A stretch of DNA of 38,163 bases, taken from Dimargaris cristalligena (taxonomy: Eukaryota). The notes below the pieces were generated by a model. It ran no database searches. It was given only the letters and a program-made list of their open reading frames with translations, and was not told the origin of the DNA. The position numbers and the translations under genes were made by a program. Below are positions 1 through 12,380 of this stretch, piece after piece. The stretch is from positions 1-38,163 of the forward strand of contig ML002363.1 in assembly GCA_003614675.1 (NCBI GenBank), read 5' to 3'. Numbering within the stretch: position 1 is the first letter of the stretch; each line of letters begins with the position of its first letter.

Positions 1-23
1 TATAAAGGTACTTAAAACCGACC

Positions 24-3000
24 CTAGCAGTACTCCAAAGCCGTCAAGAAATCCGCACCCCACGGCATGCGCCATTGGCGAACCCCCACCCGTTTCCACA
101 GGGCATGGGGGATACCAATATCGGCCAGGGTCAATTCGCCCGAAATGGCCCGGGAGGTCAGTACGGAGCTGGGGGCACCCAGGCAGAGGGTCCATTTGGG
201 GGCAATCACATTACGGCTGGGAGTACTGACCGAGGAGGTTGTGCCACTGTTGGAACCGGCCCCTTTAACCCCAGAGGCCGTGATAGTGGACGACGAGCCA
301 GTGACGGCTTCGGACGGGCGTCGCGACACGGGTTTAGTCGCCGACTGAGTGATGAGGGTTTCGCTACTCAGGCCACTGGGGGCTTCCAAAGCCAGAATAG
401 GCGCCTTATTATCGTTGGCCCAAGGAATTAGGCGGGTGACGGCCTCTAATTCACCGTCATCCTCCATATCGGTGAATTTCTGATGGGGGGCCATCAAGCC
501 GTCCACAATCAGGTCTAAAGGTGCGATGTACTGATCCGGCAGTTCGGCCAAATCACTGATTAGAATAGCACCCGCCGACCGAGCCAGCTTCTGTTGAAAA
601 TACACTTGCTTGGCCAGATCCCGATCAGGCCCAGCCACGAAAAAGTGGACTTCGCAGCCGTGGTTGGCGACGTGCCGGGCGGCACAAAGAGCAATAGAGC
701 CCTGTAGGTTATTACCGCACATGATAAACACTGCGGGGGGTGAGTTGTGGTTGTTGGGCTGTATCCGGCGGTCACCTCCTGTAGAAAGTAAGAAGTGATT
801 CGACAAATCGTTACAGATATCACAGCAAAAATGAAAATGGATTAGTAGCTAGCATGAATAAGCGAGTGACATCAAGTTCACGCAAACGTATTTGCATATA
901 CTGTGAATGTTTAAATCATTTAGCTAATGCATCTAGCCCATCTTAATCATTTTAAAAGTAAAACAGAAGCAACGACCTACCTAGAATCTGCAAGCAGCGG
1001 GAAGCGCAGCTACGGCCGGCGTTTTCAATGATCTGTTCCCGATTCGGGCCAGCCTCCATAGCGATAAGCCGGTCGACCTCAGCCGCCTGGGTTTCGCTGA
1101 TGGCCGGAACCACCACCCCCGAAGTAGAGCGGAATTTAGGTTTAGTGACGGGTGAATGCGGCAGACTGTGGGGTGAACCGGAGGTGCGGGTAGACACCCC
1201 CGCGCCAGTCGGACTATCCTCAACCACGGTACCCTTGAGGGCCGATAAAAGGTTGAAGGGGTCGTTGATTGAGTTAGTTGGCCGTTTGCTGATGCTGCTA
1301 GCACCCATGGGCCAGTCGCCTAGGTTCCGGGAGCGTGAGGCATTGCCGGCGGGGGGAACACCGGTACTGGGCTTACCGTTCCGACCCGGGGCCGACGACG
1401 ACGTCGCTGTGGCCGGAAGCATAGTAAGGGGCTTACCGACCTTAAGTGCATTTAGAGCGGACTGCAGGGTGGCCAGTTTGCTGGGGGGGGGCGTCACTAC
1501 CATCGGGCGAAGTCTGGCCCTGGGTAAGAGGAGCGACCGCCAACGAGTCGGAAGCATCGTCTTCCAAAGCCGAGTCACCCAGGGGGTCGTAGCCCAAATG
1601 CGTATCCGACCCGTTGGACGCCACGGTCGCCATATTCGAGGTAGGGGCGGCGTCTAGCACATTTTCGTTGTGGGCCAGGTTACGGACTAGAGTGGCCAGT
1701 GGTTGGCTGGGGCGACCGTAACCGGTATTGATGTTGAGGTTAACCAACAGGGTTTCGGGATCGGTGGGGTCGTTGGAACGAATCTCGTCGAAGATCTTTT
1801 TCTTGTCAAACAGGCCAAGGTTACTTTGGAAATCGAACTCTTCCTCCTTGAATTGGTCGACGCATTCATCGGCCCAGGCGTGATTATCGCTCTTGCGGCC
1901 ATTTTGGCGAGGAGTACGGCGGTTCTGGCCTGTGGTTGAAATTGAAGCAACCAAGACATGGCATGGGTTAGTTTAAAAATAGGCGTATCAGGTAAACTGC
2001 AGTGGCAATGGCAACAGCAGTCTATGCAGGTCTCACGGGGGGTGGTTTACAACAATGAACAAACGCCGTACAGCGGCTGGATATTTAGATTAGATACCAA
2101 GACGAATATGATATTTACCTGGCGAATCATAACCCCGCGATGGCCGGGAAGACCCTTTGGACCGGTACTGGTTACCGTACTTATAGTACTGATCATTGTT
2201 GGGTTCCGAGTCGTCCAGCAGACCTTCGGAGTCGCTGGGAAGCGGGGAATTGCGGTAGCCGGTCCGGTTCAATTGGCGGTGATGATGATTAGGCAAGTCG
2301 CGGGACTTCCGGGGAGTATGCGTGGCGTAGTCACCGCTGGGGGAATAAGGGTATGCACCCTTCTTGCCGCCGGCTCTGTCCCTCTTATCGTCACCGCGCT
2401 TGGTGCCGGGTTGTTGGCGGAAGCCGTTGGTCTTACCACCACCACTACCGCCTTGGGGGGCCTTAACGCCTGTAATAAAATATTGGAAATCAAAAGTCGG
2501 CGGATTCGAAGGACTCAAGGTGTCCTGTCCGGTTTGAGTGCCGGTACGACCGGAATGAGGAGTGAACCCACCTCCATTACCATCATCATCCTCGTCATCG
2601 TCGTCATCATCATCATCATCCTCTTGGACAGCCCTATGACCGTGACGGTTGCCCAGGGACAAGATAGCGGGATCCACATGAGCCGGAGCGGTCCGTTTGT
2701 TGCCGGTAGCCATGGCAGACACGGAGGGATAACCACCACCACTTCCACCTCCCACCACAACGGCCGGTTCGCTTTCGCTGGGGGAAGAAGCGGAGGAAGA
2801 GGAGGACATGCTGTCACTGTCGTCGGAGAGAATCTGGATGTCGGTCACATCTTGGCCGGCTACGCGAAACGTGGGCATGTGCCGGGGTTTGCCGGGACCA
2901 CCGGAAGTGGCATTGATGAGAGTTAGAACTTGGGTATGGGGGTCGATGGAATCCACCATACCCGTAACTGATACGCCATTCTTAAGGGTGGCGCGAACGT

Positions 3001-3025
3001 TGACGCCAATGAACGCTTCCGACAT
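24..3025 (-). CDS. EDC3: Enhancer of mRNA-decapping protein 3 (Lsm + FDF + YjeF_N). Predicted exons 3025-2119, 1929-981 (+1 frameshift at G9 run 1483-1491), 778-24
   Basis: N-terminal Lsm-like MSEAFIGVNVRATLKNGVSVTGMVDSIDPHTQVLTL; FDF motif EEEFDFQSNLGLFDKKKIFDEI; YjeF_N-type C-terminus (EQIIENAGRS...GGDRRIQPNNHNSPPAVFIMCGNN...LDLIVDGL...PKWTLCLGAP...LADIGIP). Phase-compatible introns 2118-1930 (GTAAAT...CACAG, branch-like ACTAAC) and 980-779 (GTAGGT...TACAG). Confidence 0.9.
2576..2622 (-). repeat. Imperfect (GAT/GAC)n run encoding poly-Asp in the EDC3 linker
   Basis: Translates EDDDDDDDDDEDDDG in ORF 2090-3025. Confidence 0.85.
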
Positions 3026-6000
3026 GGGGTGTTTCGAGGGAGGAAACCGAAGGAGAAAGGGGGGGGTGCGATTGTTGGATTGGCAAAAAGATGGGAATGC
3101 GGAAGAGGCCAGTAAAGGAAAAAGGCCTTTTTGGGAAACGGATAGACAGCAATGAGAAGGCGTAAGTAGTAGTAAGTAGAGATGATGAGAAATCTTTTGG
3201 GTAAACTAAAAGAGGTCAGAAGTCAATTAAGGGGAGTAATAGCTTCGCAAAGTAGTACGGGGCACTCGAAGTCTGATGGGCAAAGTGGGGAAAGGTGGCG
3301 ATGGGCGGGGAGTATGGCGCATAATTGGTGATATTTTTGGAGAAGCTGGAGATTGCCCCACCCACGCCAGTCTGCGTATGTAATGGTCAAGGACAATAGG
3401 CAGTGTTCCAAAGGCTGCGGGGGATTTTGGATAGTCTCTATAATTGGATCACCCCGCCCACCGAAAATGCCTATTGCTGGCTTAAATCCTGAATACCAGC
3501 CCAAACCTGGTGAAATCCTGGATTGTTCACAAATGACCAGCATTAAGCAATATAGAAGCCATTAAACGACAGACCATGTGTATTTCCATCAAGACATTAA
3601 AAGACGATTTAAATAACTAGATTATCCGATGAATTACAAATTATAAACTGACTATAGAGAACACTGGCATTTGATAAACAGCGCTTTAAAAATACCCCTA
3701 ATCCAACCGCCGATGCTCGAGGATTCACTAAATGCCTGGGTTAGACGTAAGCGGATACAGTGTATACCTTGAAAACATTGCATTGCTTTGGAGAAATCGA
3801 CTGTTCACAAACTGGGGTGCTAGCCTGGACTACAGGTGATCAATCTACGAATATCGACAATCTGGATTCATCACTGAGCCGTAAACCCAAACCCTACGGA
3901 ATTCGCCTTCGCTCATCCGAACTATGTTTTGTATTTGCCGTTCGCCACTGATTTGCGAACATTGCAATCAATGATTAAGCAAAGAGCCCCGTATTCCCAA
4001 TTCTTAGATTAAAGAAACCAACACGTTGATATTTTTGTAATTACCTGCGTTTACAAGTATCAGTCGAGTAGCAGTACATCAATAGTTGGGCATTAGCGAA
4101 CCATTAGGCAATTCCGCCTGAATAAAGAATACAGTTGTTCGCCAATCTACATTGTCGCCGATACCACCCCAATGATAAAAATTGAACTAAACAACGTAAA
4201 AAGCCCCCTGCAAGTCCACTGTTGAACAATTGGGGGGACTCGGTCGGATATATTTAGAATACTAGCAACGAGGGTTCCTTTCGGAATTGGTATTTAATAG
4301 TTCATCTTTTAACCATCAACCAAGCACATGTTTATATCCATTTTTGCATATATACGAGATCCTTCAACATCAAGAATAGCAAGATGTGCTGCACACCCTT
4401 TGGAAATCAATTCGACTTTGTACCTTCTCTCCCAGTGCAATGCCAATAGATCTTCTAGTAGCAATATGCGATAAGATCTAGTCACCTCGACTGTGAAGTA
4501 TCGCCAAGATGGGGATAAATCGATTTCCCCAGTGGTTCAAGAGAAGATCAAAAATGATCCTAGAACGACTGGTCGTAGACTACATTAAAAAATACAAGTA
4601 ATGGTTTGGTGGTCAGAGGCAAAAATATACGGCGATTCAATGGAACTATCATGGTTTTCACGGCCACCCACTATATGGGATCCTCGGGAAGAGCTAAAAT
4701 AAAAGTACAGCCCTACCCCCAATACAACCAAGTCCCATTGCACAGCCTATGCAGGACCTAAAGGAACATATCAGTGTAACCTACAGCTACCAAACTAACA
4801 CCACTAGGTTGTTTAGGTGAACAATAGCAGGTAGCCCATTTTTATTACATTAACAGTATCGCCCAGATGGTACGCCAAAATTAAGTCACGCGTAAACACC
4901 ACAGGCGTTTACCACGCATACAATTTAAATAGATATCAGATATAATATTTTTGGATTCCGCGATCCTATAATTTCCAAAGCGATTGCATTTTTCCCTAAT
5001 GGACCGGGACGACTGGGAAAGAATTAGAAACATGATATCGTTATAGAAGCTTATAGATATGAACCAGTTTGATGGGTTTGGGATGTGTTGATGGATTGCA
5101 TACACATTTACGCACGTAAGTATTTCAATTGTATTCGATATTTCCGCCAATTGATTACGCATTACCCCCAAAATGGCAGTCGTGGGGACCCGTCGGCCTC
5201 GCCCTTCCTTAGCCGCTGGCTGACTTTAACATTGGCCAAAAATAAACAATTTGGGGGTTATTGATTAATCAAGCTAGTCCCAACCTCTAGAAGAATCCAA
5301 CACCCCCCCCTCCCTTACCCTGCAAGCATCGCTCATATATGAATGCTGCACCCGAATACACCCTACAATGCAGACTTATTTGCATTCATATCAGGAGAAT
5401 GGGTCCGCTCTTCACATGATCGTTTCGAGTACCTACGACTGGACACACGCACACCCGAGAAAAGGCCAGCATTTGATTTGGGGGGGGGGGGGAGATGTTG
5501 ATAAACAGTGTCAGCCCCTGAGTAGCTAAACAGGACAGATAGGTAAGACGTCACGCTGGCCACTCTAAATGATTATTTACGGCGAAGCAGCAGGCTTCGG
5601 CCATGGATATAATGGCAAAGAATTCTTAGAATCAAGTAAAATGGGGATAGTGACATGTCCACATGGGTACTATGAAACTAACATTTAGAACAAATGCAGC
5701 CAATCTAGATCCGGCCCATGACCTGAAGTAGATTAATCACCTTTTTACAATCAATGTAGTCTCTCCCCAACCAAGTGGAACTCGAGGTGTGGAATGAGAA
5801 AGGGAACACAATATTTGAACGCTACGGCTGGTTTACTTGACAACACGGGTGAACCAGAGGCACAGTTGGTTTCATCGATTAAACCAGACCTGCTAGATGT
5901 AAGCCCCCCTGCTTAGCTAAATGATGTGATATTCTTGGACAAGTGTGGCCTGTCACTAACGGAACTCGCTCATGGGACCTACCTCCGTGAAAAACCGGCC

Positions 6001-9000
6001 GGGTTTTTTGGGGTTAGTGGTCGATGAATGAAAAAATATGATTTTAGAGGGTTAACGAGTTGCCAATGCATGCGGGAATAACTGGGCTGACTAGTCAAGA
6101 TTGTTGCTGGGACATTCCTAGACGAGGGAGGGAGATGCCCCCTAACCAGAACTTGCGGATTCAATTCTACCCTACATCTGCGACGCATATGCAGGATGAT
6201 TGGAGGATCTTCAAGCCTACATCTTAGCTTACTAGATGAGAGATGAAAAATCCGATATTTAAAATATCCGCTGGTTTAATTCGTTTGGGTGGGACAGTTC
6301 CTTTGCACCACTGTCACCGGATCTGTGGTCGACGTTGGGGTTATAGTAGACTGTTGTTCCTAATAGTAAAGGACCTTCATCGTACTTTCACTTTGGTGCT
6401 GAAAACATCCGCAAGTACTTATCACATCTATCCAAACATGCACATTACCCTAGCCGATTAAGCACCCAACGGATGCGGGCTCCTGGATGATCCGACTATT
6501 TCCAATGGAAATCGAAGTGAAAAAAAAACGAATAGCGGAATTACACTTTAAACCCACCATCGCCATTGATGTACCTGCCTTTTAATAATATGCATTCAGG
6601 TCATTGTAAAAGTGGGGGCACCGAAACCGGCGGCGCCACCGAGCAAAGCATTATTTCAAATAGGTATGGGCCGCCCCACCTGCCACGGTGCCTTTATAAA
6701 ACCCGGGAGCAGAGCTCGGAAAAGGGATAGGGGAATAAGATGTACAATATTATAGATACTGGTATTCTCGGTCTATGGCATCTAAGAGGCGATGGGGGAA
6801 GAAGAGACCCCTTCAATTACTCACAGTTGCCGTACATGGGTTATAGGGACTTGGTGGAGTTTAAACTGGGCATGCTACCTATAGTTAGAAAAGTAGGTGG
6901 GTTCGGGAACGCGTCCTTTATCGCATGTCCTCCAGCTCGACCCACGCCTGAAAAGCGGATGCCATATAGTTTGATAGCATCTGATGTATTTACGACCATC
7001 CTTTAGAGTGGTGCTATTATCCTACTTCCACGGAAGGGGATATTGGTAAAGCTCGAGGGCCTCGCTACATTAGATTCGGAGTCCCACGGGACCTACCTGC
7101 CCACCCTTACCCCCACACATACACCCACATAGTTTACCGGTTGAGATGTTTACAATGAATTTGGAAGGTTATGCTGAATCCAGGTGAGCCCCTAAGTCCA
7201 TTTAGCTGGCCTACGAACCCATACCGAGCCAAAAGTGGCGGAGTGGGCGGTGGGGAAGGGGCAGCCTACGCCCTTGGTCACCACCATTGACAATGACACC
7301 TATACTGGGATATATTGGCCAAGGGGCGTCGTAATGGGAGGGGGGGAGAACGTGAGTGACATTAGCGGAGCGGGGCGGGTTCCCCACAACACGGCCAGCC
7401 CCCTCCCCTCCTTCTACAGTTGCTATATTTAAGGAATTGTTGGGCTAAATTGAAGGACTTCGAAGGCACGAGGGGAGATGGTGAGTGATACAAGGGTAAC
7501 TACTATATGATCTCGGCTGCCTAATATAGCCCACCTCCCGTTTACCACATGATTGTATTAGCCTGTCTCCCTTCGCTTCTCGGGCCCGGTTGCCTGTGAT
7601 CCAGAGGCGGACTAAATATATGTTTTACACAGGGTCATACGTGTTAGGCGTGCCGAGAACCACTCCACTCCACCCCCCCTCCAAGAACCCGCATACTCGG
7701 ACAGCCCACATACTCCACCCCCATGCCAATTTTATCCGCAATGAATACGTGGGGTTTGCAAGTTCACAGCCGGGCTTGAAAAATACCACCTAATATCCCA
7801 ACTATTACTACATTCTCCCCCAACCGCATTATCATTTTGGTACCTGTATTTTCCACAATCCCAGTCAATTTCCACCACCACCACCCTAGTACCCCGGCTG
7901 GTGGATGGATTGGGGAAGGAGGAAGGGGCTTTGATGGGGCTTTAGGATCACACTACCAGTTCTATCCAATTCCCTTTGGGCAGGTCATGGGCAACAGCCT
8001 GACACCCCCTCCCTCCCTCCCTCCCTCACACACACACTCGCCTTATTATTCACAATGGGCAATCCGATTGAGTGACCGCTTTACGTGATTCCTCAGCTCA
8101 ATCATCCACCGGATATACTTTCCCAATATATAAAACCTAAAACATCCAAAAACGAATATCTAACCCCCCCCCTCATCACCAGTGGACCGGATAGGGCAGG
8201 TTGGGTGGATTTGAAGGTGGTTGGGTCGATCCTAGAGGAAACAATCAATACCCAATGCTACCATATACTAATGCATCCTCCTCCCCAAACTCACGCGACG
8301 GGCTTCCCCCCGGCATTGATTACTTTAAGGGTGTAGGTAAGGCACCCCGAGAGGAATTAAAGCTCGGAAGAGGCGGCGGCGGTGATTGCGCCTGATGGCA
8401 TTCCTACCTGCTTGAAAATTAAAGTAATGTAGGGTTGTACACTTATTAAACCAATGACTAACTGCAACCACCGGTAAAGGAAAGGGGGTAAATGATTAAC
8501 AACCCTAACCATTCCAAAGCATTGGAGGGCGCCTGGATGGCAGCCTCCACATGGACCTTCACTTTCCCCGTGTAAAGGGAAGGAAGACCATTGCCCCAGC
8601 CTTCTCTTTGGTGGAGTTGCACAGCGAATGAAAAAGGAAAGGCCGGAAGGGAGGAGGAGGGGGCTGTAATGGCCCACCACCCCGTCTACATTGGTGTATA
8701 TTTATTTATAAATGTACCTTCGACTTGGTGAAGAGTAGAGGAGGCCAAGGGATGGAAGGATTGAAGACAATGAGGCACCAATGGGAATTATCGGTGTATG
8801 TCAACAACGACGCGGTCTACATGTCCTCCCCCATCAACCCAAGTGCACCCAAATCCATCTACAGATTGCCACTCTCCATAATTGGGACCCCCCCTCCTCA
8901 TACGCTAATTAGCCCCAGGAAAAGGGTAAAGAGGAGAAGAGGGAGGGGGCACAATAATGGCCACGAAAAGAGATGGGGGGTCACGTGTAGATGAGACGAC

Positions 9001-9530
9001 AAGGCTGAGGAGGTTCGTTGTTAATGGAAATACTCAACTAATCCCTCCGAAAGCCCATCCGCTTGTTTTGTTTTGGGGGGATGTCCTTCCTACATGACTA
9101 GAAACAACTACTAAAAGGAGAGAGACAACTGGCCCTACCTACCCGGCTAGCACAGCATCATACCATTTCCCACCTCCCCCTTTAGGGGGAAAATGCCATT
9201 TAGAGTATATTTGGGAAACAGCGGCCCATGCAAAAGGAAAGGAGGAAGGGGGTGGAAAAACAATAGGTACAGCTGCGCCTTACGCCCAATTATAGCCAAC
9301 GCTAGTCCAACTGGTGACTTTTGGCATAACCGACACATGCCCAGTTTAATAATAGGGAGGTGATGCCTACCTTGGCCTACTTAGTACGTGTACGTGCAAA
9401 ATCCCAAATCCATTATCAATGATGATGTAACAACCCTCTTCGCTTTTTCGTTCATAGCCGGAACATCTACAATCTACGGGTGTAGTACATCACTTTGCAA
9501 CGGGGGAGGGACGAGGTGGTGTATTTTTTC

Positions 9531-9556
9531 ATATATATATATATATATATATATAT
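9531..9556. repeat. (AT)13 microsatellite
   Basis: Read directly from sequence. Confidence 0.95.
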
Positions 9557-11465
9557 TGTAAATGAAGGGGTGATTATAATATATATTAGGAAAGGGATAT
9601 GGAAAAAAAGCGGTGCAGTCCAATTCGGCTGAGGGATGCCTTAGACATGCCGATTTCCCTTTTTAAATAGGACACGATAGAAATGTAGGCGATCTGTGGT
9701 ACCCGCCATCACCGCTGCCCACCCCCTCCCGCTGGTGTAATGATGATGAGCGAAGCGGTCCTAAATGGTACCTCCCATCTCCCTCCATACTACCCCGCCC
9801 GTGTGGCTATTGTGTTCATGCAAATGGAGGGGCAGTTCAGCCCATGTTATTTAGGGATGCCATGCTATTTATTTACTTTGGACAGAAAACGACCAATGCA
9901 TATTTATTTGTATATAAACATACCGGAAAAGAGGGGCGGCTATGCAGTGGGGCAATCAAGGCTCGCCCGAACTTTGCCAGCCATGTAGAAATCCTGTACG
10001 TAAAGCAAAAGGGCCTGGGAGTATATCACGTAAGAGTAGTTTTCACTTTGGTTGATTTTTTTTCTACATCCTTCAAAATGTGCAGTTGATTCATGGGTTG
10101 GCCGGCCACAACTAGAGAAAGGGGTGGAATGGTGGTGGTTATTCCGCTGGGGCATTTTAAAATCTCCGAAAGGCGTGTTTTCATGGCGTCGCCTTTTAAT
10201 GAGAAGCTTAACCCTGGGCGCGTCCGAAGTATTGTCCCCATTTTCAGCTACGTGACTCCGAACCCAGGAATATGATCTTCATTCCTCGGCTACGCGCTAC
10301 ACTCAAGTCGGGAGGGGGTGATTCTACATGGAAAGCTCGTATGGAAAAACCTTATCTTTCGACAAAGAATTTAACTTGGGCGCTTTTCAGCGAAGTAGTG
10401 AGTGGGAAGGGGGGAGGAGGGAATGGCACAAAGACCATCATCATAGGATGGCTGCTAATCCATGTTTGGTAATAGGATTCCCCCGCCCTCAAGCAATGAT
10501 GATGGATCACTCTCTTTGACCCTCTCGACAGGGTGTGGTTGATTGCCCTGACCTAGTGGGTAGTGAACGGTGCCAGGAGTGTTGCTTGTTGGCTTATTAA
10601 TAGTCAGTATGAAGCATCAACCGCCCAACTCATCATTACGTAGAGTTGCCCTGGCGCGTACTCAATCGACCACGATATGTGGGGTAGTTTAGTTGTTGTT
10701 TTTTTGGTAATAGAGACGACGAAACCCCTGGCCGAAATGATGGCGCAGGATGCGCCAGAAAGGAGGCGTGTTCGGCTACTGTATCCCTTGTTCAGAATGG
10801 CATGCCATGAGTTGTTGGGTGGGTACCATCCCCGTCCATTTGACATACATCAATCCCCCCCCCCAAATCAAGCATGACATGCCCCCCTCTCCCTCCTTCC
10901 TCTTCTAAACCCTTCAGGGTTATCAAATGGCTTTCAAAGGAGATGATGTGGTCACTTGTTAACCAATAGCCAATAAAATATTACAGCGTCCGATCACCCA
11001 ACCAGTGATTTCAAGTGTCGCCCTTTCCCCATGTCATTTTGATGAATCCTTTCCTTATGACTAACTAACCCTACCATGCCAATAAACTTGGCCCAGCGAG
11101 TATACGAATACCTTCATTAACTCAATAGCTCAATAATAAAGGAAATCCTAGAGAGTGGAAGGGGGAAGGCAATGTAAAAAAAATCAGCAGGGGGGGGCAA
11201 ACTGAGGTGGGCCGCCCACAGAGAAGTGCCGTGAATGTCAAATCTGACGCAGTAGTTACCGCATTTGGACATTTGGAGTAACCTTCCCAGTAATGCCGGC
11301 TAGGACAAAGCCATACGAAACAAAATATAAGTACGGGAGAGGGAAATAGTGGAAGTAGACGGGGGGCAAATCCTCGCAAGTCTTTGGAATTGGCACCTAG
11401 TGCAGAGAAGGGAGGTGGTGGAGGCATGGCGGCCAAAGATACCCATCGTTGAGCTACGCCGCCGT

Positions 11466-11492
11466 TGCTGATGCTGATGCTGATGCTGATGC
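11466..11492. repeat. (TGCTGA)~4 microsatellite
   Basis: ttgctgatgctgatgctgatgctgatg. Confidence 0.85.
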
Positions 11493-12326
11493 CATTGTCA
11501 TTGCCGCCGCCTTCGCGGCAACATACGGGTTGGGTGGAAAATACCGTAAAGGCAAAAGGAGAGGGGGTTTATTCACAGATTCACGCACCTACGCCGATAA
11601 TATACATACACATCGATACACCCTTTTTGCAACAGTTCGGGGTGAACCTGAGACTCGGACCCCTTGGCTGGGTCAGGCAGGGGTCGCTTTATTTTCTGTG
11701 CCCTTTAAAATCTATATTTGGGTGGATGTTGACTCGCTGGAGGGAGGGGGGTGAATATTGCATGGGTCATTGGGACCGCCTACCACAAAATGATGCGCGG
11801 GTTGGTGTTTAGGTCCGCGGAAGGCCAGATGTAGCCGCATTTTTCCTTTTCTATTTATTTTTTACTCACGAAGGTAGCCCTTATGGTGGGGTTGTAGTCC
11901 AATAATATATATATACATCTGTATATAGCCAAAGAATCTGAGTAATGGTGAATCAAGAGTTAAAATAACCGAACCGTCTTGGCTGTTTAAAGGGGGTCTG
12001 TGGGGAGTGTGAAACGGCCAAGATAATTGGATTTCATAGGGTAAAAAATCCTGTCCCACTTGAGTTGTCTAGGCAAAGGCGGCTGCTGTATAGATAATTC
12101 AAGGTAAAAATGGGGTGTTTAATGTAGGCGGTAAAACGGACAGCCATGAAATGGGGTTGGGTCCCTCCCTCTCTCTCCTTCCAGCAAGGAAGCACAGATG
12201 CATCGCTTATTGGCCATGGCGGTCACGTACAACGGCTGTGCGGGTATGTGGGAGGGGTCGTCCATCAAGTGGGTAGGGTAATCAACCCACTATGAAATTG
12301 GGCAGTCTAGCTAGCTTTTACCCGTG

Positions 12327-12380
12327 GCCACTGCCACTGCCACTGCCACTGCCACTGCCATTGCCACTGCCATTGCCATT
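12327..12380. repeat. (GCCAYT)9 hexanucleotide microsatellite
   Basis: Nine consecutive gccact/gccatt units. Confidence 0.95.

Noticed and set aside
1958-2926. 322-aa and 209-aa (1028-1657) + strand ORFs
   Set aside because: Antisense shadows of EDC3 exons.
3500-4800. A-rich stretch resembling decayed coding or retroelement sequence
   Set aside because: Frequent stops in the frames I translated and no recognisable RT, integrase or transposase motif. Would need tblastx.
11218-11228. ACAGAGAAG resembling the U6 snRNA box
   Set aside because: Flanking U6 sequence (ATTAGCATGGCCCCTG) is absent.
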